Assembly (NCBI GenBank): GCA_964016885.1
Contig: OZ024741.1
Location: forward strand, 354,454,001 to 354,518,000
Source of the DNA: Eledone cirrhosa
Lineage: Eukaryota
Length of the DNA stretch: 64,000 nt
Direction: 5' to 3'
A program made the position numbers and the translations under genes. The notes beneath the pieces are model-generated. The model was given only the letters and a program-made list of their open reading frames with translations, searched no databases and was not told where the DNA came from. Positions 59,124 to 64,000 of the stretch are shown here, piece by piece. Numbering within the stretch: the stretch's first letter is position 1; the number at the start of each line of letters is the position of its first letter.

Positions 59124-59853
59124 ATTAAAACTAGGGTACTCCTGCGCTAAGAATATGAAGGCCCACATCATCATCATGCTCATGCTGAAAGCCTGAAGCT
59201 TGTCCCCTTCAACAGCAATGCAACACACCCGCTGTAGTTTATGAAGCTGTGGTTACTTCCAACCGACCAAATCAACCACAGGAGGTCAAATCCTATGTGG
59301 GTATGACGGAGAGTCGATTTAAAGAACGCTTCCTGAACCATCAGTCGACCTTTAGGTACCCGGACAAACAATCATCCACGAAGCTCGTGAGCCACGTATG
59401 GTCCCTCAAAGACTCAGGTATAGAATACTCCATTCAATGGAAAGTTATCACTAAGTCAAAGCCATACGCAAGGGGCAATCCATCTTGTGAACTGTGTATT
59501 GAAGAAAGGATAAATATTCTAAGGAGATTACGCAATAGCGATTGCCTAAATTCAAGATATGAAATCTTCTCATGTTGTCCACATGTCTGGAAACACCTCT
59601 TGCATAACTACAAAGATTGAATAACAACAACATTCTAATTTTCTAGTCAACTCGAACATTTTATTCCAGACATTCAGTTATCTCCCTTATACCTTTCGCC
59701 CATGGTTCTGTATCGGTTGTTCTTCCTGTTCCGTATAACCCCTACCAGTCCAGGTATGGTGAACTAACTGTTGTGTCACTACTTCTACCAAACTTGTCCC
59801 ACGGACTGAGTGCTCTACCACTACGGATATTACCTTCCAGTTTTCTACCTTTA
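59121..59853 (+). mobile_element. second Naiad-type PLE fragment (GIY-YIG) in (TA)n
   Basis: KLGYSCAKNMKAHI, CSC*KPEACPLQQQC, VVYEA..YVGMTESRFKERFLNH, CELCIEE, LNSRYEIFSCCPH. TA arrays on both sides. Confidence 0.9.
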
Positions 59854-60119
59854 TATATATATATAGCGGCCAAGGATTTTGCATTAAAGACACAAAATTG
59901 AAATGAGGCACAAGCCCATACATATGAATAAATTCTTCAAATGTTCAACAATGAAGTTTTTCTAAGGCTGGTTTGTTAGCCATTCAAGGTCAGATAAACC
60001 AAAACAAGCTAATGATATATCTTTTATGTACTCTCAGTTCTGTAACAAACATCTTTATATTAGTGGCATGTCCTGAAGTAATATGTCTGTATACAATGCT
60101 AAATGTTGTGATGCTGTGT

Positions 60120-60600
60120 GGGAAGATACATTTATTTAATAGCTGTGGTAAAAGCTACAAATCATGAGCTGGGCTAAAAATTCTACAAACACTGTTCATA
60201 TGACAAAAACATAATTGCACCTCTTCCTTAAGCAAACGTGGCATGCAAAGCTCCAGAGAAATCAACAAAGGAGTACTACTCCACACACAGACATTTTAGG
60301 CCACATCCAGAGAGAAACCATGCAACTAATTGGCATTACACTGGCCTGTGCCGTTCAAATCTGGCTGATCTCAAACCACTGCCACCCAGGCACTCCCAAC
60401 TCACTCGTTACCACTATTCCCAATCATTCCTACCCAAAAAGGTAGCCTTCTGGAATTCCCTTTCTGCTCATATCTTTCATACAAGAGTAGAGGTAAAACT
60501 GTTTGAACAGAACATCAATGCCACTAATCTAATAGTTTTAGAGGGCCTATGAAGGCAACGGCACTGCCCCTTTCTCCAGACCTAACAAATAAAAAATATA
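60120..60600 (+). mobile_element. Jockey/CR1-group LINE 3' end
   Basis: YSQSFLPKKVAFWNSLSAHIF..LFEQNIN, then a short UTR and an A-rich end. Confidence 0.7.
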
Positions 60601-61955
60601 TAAACAAGCAATAATCATACTCATTATTGAGTCTAAGTTGAGTGCCATTATTACCATCACAGTCATGTGTGTGTGCTGGGGTGGGGGTAGTGAGAGACTG
60701 GAAACTACAATGTTGGCAATCAAACAGAACAGAATAGGGTTTGAATGGAGCCTTCAGTCTGGATTTGCATGAGAACCTCTCTGGTACTGGTGTCAAGATA
60801 AAATGCACCCAGTGCAACCTGTAAAGTGGTAGTGGTGGTGCCACAAAAAAGAATGCACCGAATACACCTTGTAAGATGGTTGGCATTAGGAAGGGTAGTC
60901 AGTTGCAGAAACCATACCAAGTATGGAATATATGAGCAAGATGAGGTCGTTCCTACTCCCTACTCATCTGGTCCCCGACTATGACAATCTGTCCAACCAA
61001 TACCAGTAAGTAAATCAGATATAAAATTATAATGATGATATTGCATAATATGAAGTGCCAAAACTTTTTTGGCAATTTTCTCTGACCTGGTTGCAGACAC
61101 ATCCTTTGCAGTAGAATTATGGTAGTGATTAGATCACAGAAATGCAATGAAATCTTTTAGCACTTTATAATATATGGTATTAGTAAAAAATAAAACAAAT
61201 GCAATTGCAAACATTTTGTGCATTCTAAAATACCTAAAATGACTTTTCCACAGTATAATTGTTTTAGTTTCAACATATATCTCAGATCTTGTCAAACAAG
61301 TACAACTCTGAAATATATGCATTCTTTTATTCTAGAACTGGTTTCAGTTATTGGACTACATATTCTAGAGTTTTTTTTTTAGTTTTATTTATTTATTCAT
61401 TTATTTATTTGTTTTACAAATGAAAAAAAAAAATTCTATGTATCTCTAGAAATAAATATCCATTTTTATACAGTGTTATCCATCAACTGAGTTGTTTGTT
61501 GTACAAGTATTGTTAGTATAATAAATGCTTGAAACAAAACAAATTGATAAATGTTCCATCTATCTACTTATTGAGTTAGTGTAGCCAAACGACTTCAGCT
61601 TTTCTTTTAGGATGAAATTGTCTACAGTATATTGGCAACCTATCATGAATAGGATCGGGTTATCAGCTAAATTTAGACAGGTATGCTGTTTGAGTCAGTT
61701 CAGAGGAAGAGGGGGAAATAGAGAGAGAGAGAGAGTGTGAGAGAAATGCCTTTGCAGCAAGCAGACAGTACATTGAATGGTTAGTGCCAAGGTATTGCAG
61801 TAGAACAAAGATAACAACAAATAGAACAATAGAAATTTAATAAATATTCAGTTATGTGTGTCTCTCTCTGTATATATATATATATATCATCATTTAACAT
61901 CCATTTACCCTGCTAGCAAGGGTTGGAGTATATATATATATATATATATATATAT

Positions 61956-62151
61956 AACAACAAAGAGGGTGTGGTAAGATACCAGGTGGACCATAATGCA
62001 CCAGAGTACTCAATATTTAGGGTAGTGGAGTGGGTAACAGGAAAAGAGTCAGGACCCCGACAGCTGAGCTCCGGCCGTTTCGACAGCTAGATCCAGATCT
62101 AGCTGTCGAAACAGCCGGAGCTCAGCCTTTGGGGTCTTGATTCTTCTCCTT
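61956..62151 (-). mobile_element. fold-back mini-element in (TA)n (palindrome 62039-62150 plus tail)
   Basis: Homologous to 26290-26482. Confidence 0.8.
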
Positions 62152-63695
62152 TATATATATATATATATATCCTGGTTTTTAGAATAGGTGCACTGTATCC
62201 CTGCATGCCATAAGAGGCAGGAAGGACATCCAGCTGTAAAACCTTGTCTCAAAACATCTCGTCCAACCTATTCTACCATGGAAAAGTAAAAACGATGATG
62301 ATATATATATGATTAACATATGGACATATGTTATATATTAAACATTTTAATCCTGCAGATCTTACTTAAACAACTTCTTATGATAATTACTAGTCAAGAG
62401 AAAAGTAAGAAAGTAGTTATTGGGATAAGCAGAATACTGATTCTTACGTTAAACAGATTTGTTAACACCAGATAAATGTTTGTAATCTTAAGCCAAAGTA
62501 ACATAGTACATTTGAATTGAATAGTTTTCTCAGGTAATTTATATGACTAGGTGTAGATGAATTATACTTTTCTTTGTGACAAAGTAGATTTACAATATGG
62601 TGGGAAATTGGCAGACTCTATACACTCTGTAAAATAATAGTGCTGGTGCCATGATAAAATGCACTGAGTACATTCTAGAAAGTGATAGTGTTGGTGCCAC
62701 CATAAAATGCATAAAGAACTTCATAAAAATACCTCTAAGTGAAGTCATTTAATATGAAAAAATAACTTTTTCTCCATATTTGACACCTGGGCAATGCTAT
62801 TGAGAAAACAGAAATATCTCTATTTCTACTATAACAGAGTACAAATAATTATTTGCACAAACTAGAGTTTTATGTATATGGGGTTTTGTCAAATAAGAGT
62901 AGTGATATTAAAGATTAATTTAATAAAAATTAAGAAAATAGAATTTTAAAATTCTATGATTAGTTACTTGCCAAATATAATTGCTTACATTGGTAAACTA
63001 TCACAAATTATTGGTGACAGATATAGCCTTTTAAATTGACTTTCTGACTGAGAAATAAGTATCTGACTGGTACTTATTTTCTATTTACATCACCAACGCA
63101 CATACAATGGAATTTAGTTTAATGATGCCACATACTTTATTAAGATAAACATAAGAACAAAAAACTGTATACACATATGCAGAATTTGAGATAATTTTGT
63201 TTTAAGTACAAATAATCTATTTCCTCTTTTATGAAGAGAAATAAAAAATATTAGGTTCCTATTTTTGTTAGAACCAGGAAAATAATTGACAACTATTATT
63301 ATATGAGTGAAGGTAGCATTTGTTCTGGGTAATATGAGATCACAATTTGTAAGCAATTGGAATGTAATATTACACAAGGTTTGTTTTTGAAAAGACCTTT
63401 AAGAAATTCTCATAGTGTGAAATAGGTCATGACAAACATTTTGAATAGTTTGGTGGGAAATAAGCCATCTCACGATAGTAAAAGGAAAGAAAATATACAA
63501 TATTGCTGTGAGATTAACCCCAAATCTTTCACATTCTACATTTATATTATTTTGTCCATATCTTTTCAACATGAAGGCATGTAGCTTAGTGGTTAAGGTG
63601 TTTGGGTCACAAAATTAGTAACAAAAATAGAAAACATTTTAGTTAAGCATCATTATTTTCATCAAAAAACAAAGAAAAAAGCTTGTGTTTGTATA

Positions 63696-64000
63696 TCATC
63701 ATGATCATCATCATTTTACGTCCGCTTTTCCCTGCTTGCAAGGGTCGGACGGGTCTTATTCAGCACAGCATCTCTCCACTCATCACGGTCCCTCGTGGTC
63801 TGTTCTCACCACCTCCGCCCATGTTTTTCGTGGTCTACCTCTACCACGTCTTCCTTCAACTGGCATTTCCTGGCACTTCTTCACCCATCGGTCATCCTCC
63901 ATGCGCATCACATGTCCATACCACCTCAGTCTCCTCTCCCGTACACTACACTCTATCCCTCTCAGACACAGTTTCTCTCTCAACACATTTATGCTGGGTC
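63696..64000 (-). mobile_element. RTE LINE 3' end (third subfamily), running off the window
   Basis: [18 protein letters not shown] and a (CAT)n tail. Confidence 0.92.

Noticed and set aside
59186-59188. In-frame TGA in the Cys-rich PLE motif as possible selenocysteine (reported for some Naiads)
   Set aside because: It aligns with Arg (CNCR versus CSC*), not Cys, so CGA>TGA decay is simpler. No SECIS was identified.

Overview
AT-rich, repeat-dense animal genomic DNA. The mix of RTE LINEs with (GAT)n tails, tRNA-derived SINEs and kilobase (TA)n/(CA)n arrays suggests a cephalopod such as Octopus (inference only). The only host exon I can identify is the first coding exon of a HEATR5B/HEATR5 orthologue (minus strand, 32790-32972), so most of the window is probably its intronic or upstream DNA. 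Almost all long ORFs in the track are microsatellite read-through or retroelement debris. The main result is a set of Penelope-like elements (PLEs, Naiad-type GIY-YIG) sitting in (TA)n tracts. One ~3.1 kb copy has ~690 bp inverted repeats, each carrying a complete type I hammerhead ribozyme. Two ~195 bp fold-back mini-elements have palindromes that read as a duplicated 3' half of a hammerhead. Also present: RTE copies with a PHD finger inside the RT region, a GC-rich CRE-clade element, a Rex3/Expander-like RTE, a head-to-tail SINE array with identical 16 bp junctions, TTAA-type MITEs and an E2F/CCAAT/CHR promoter-like island. Everything was read by eye, so boundaries are approximate.
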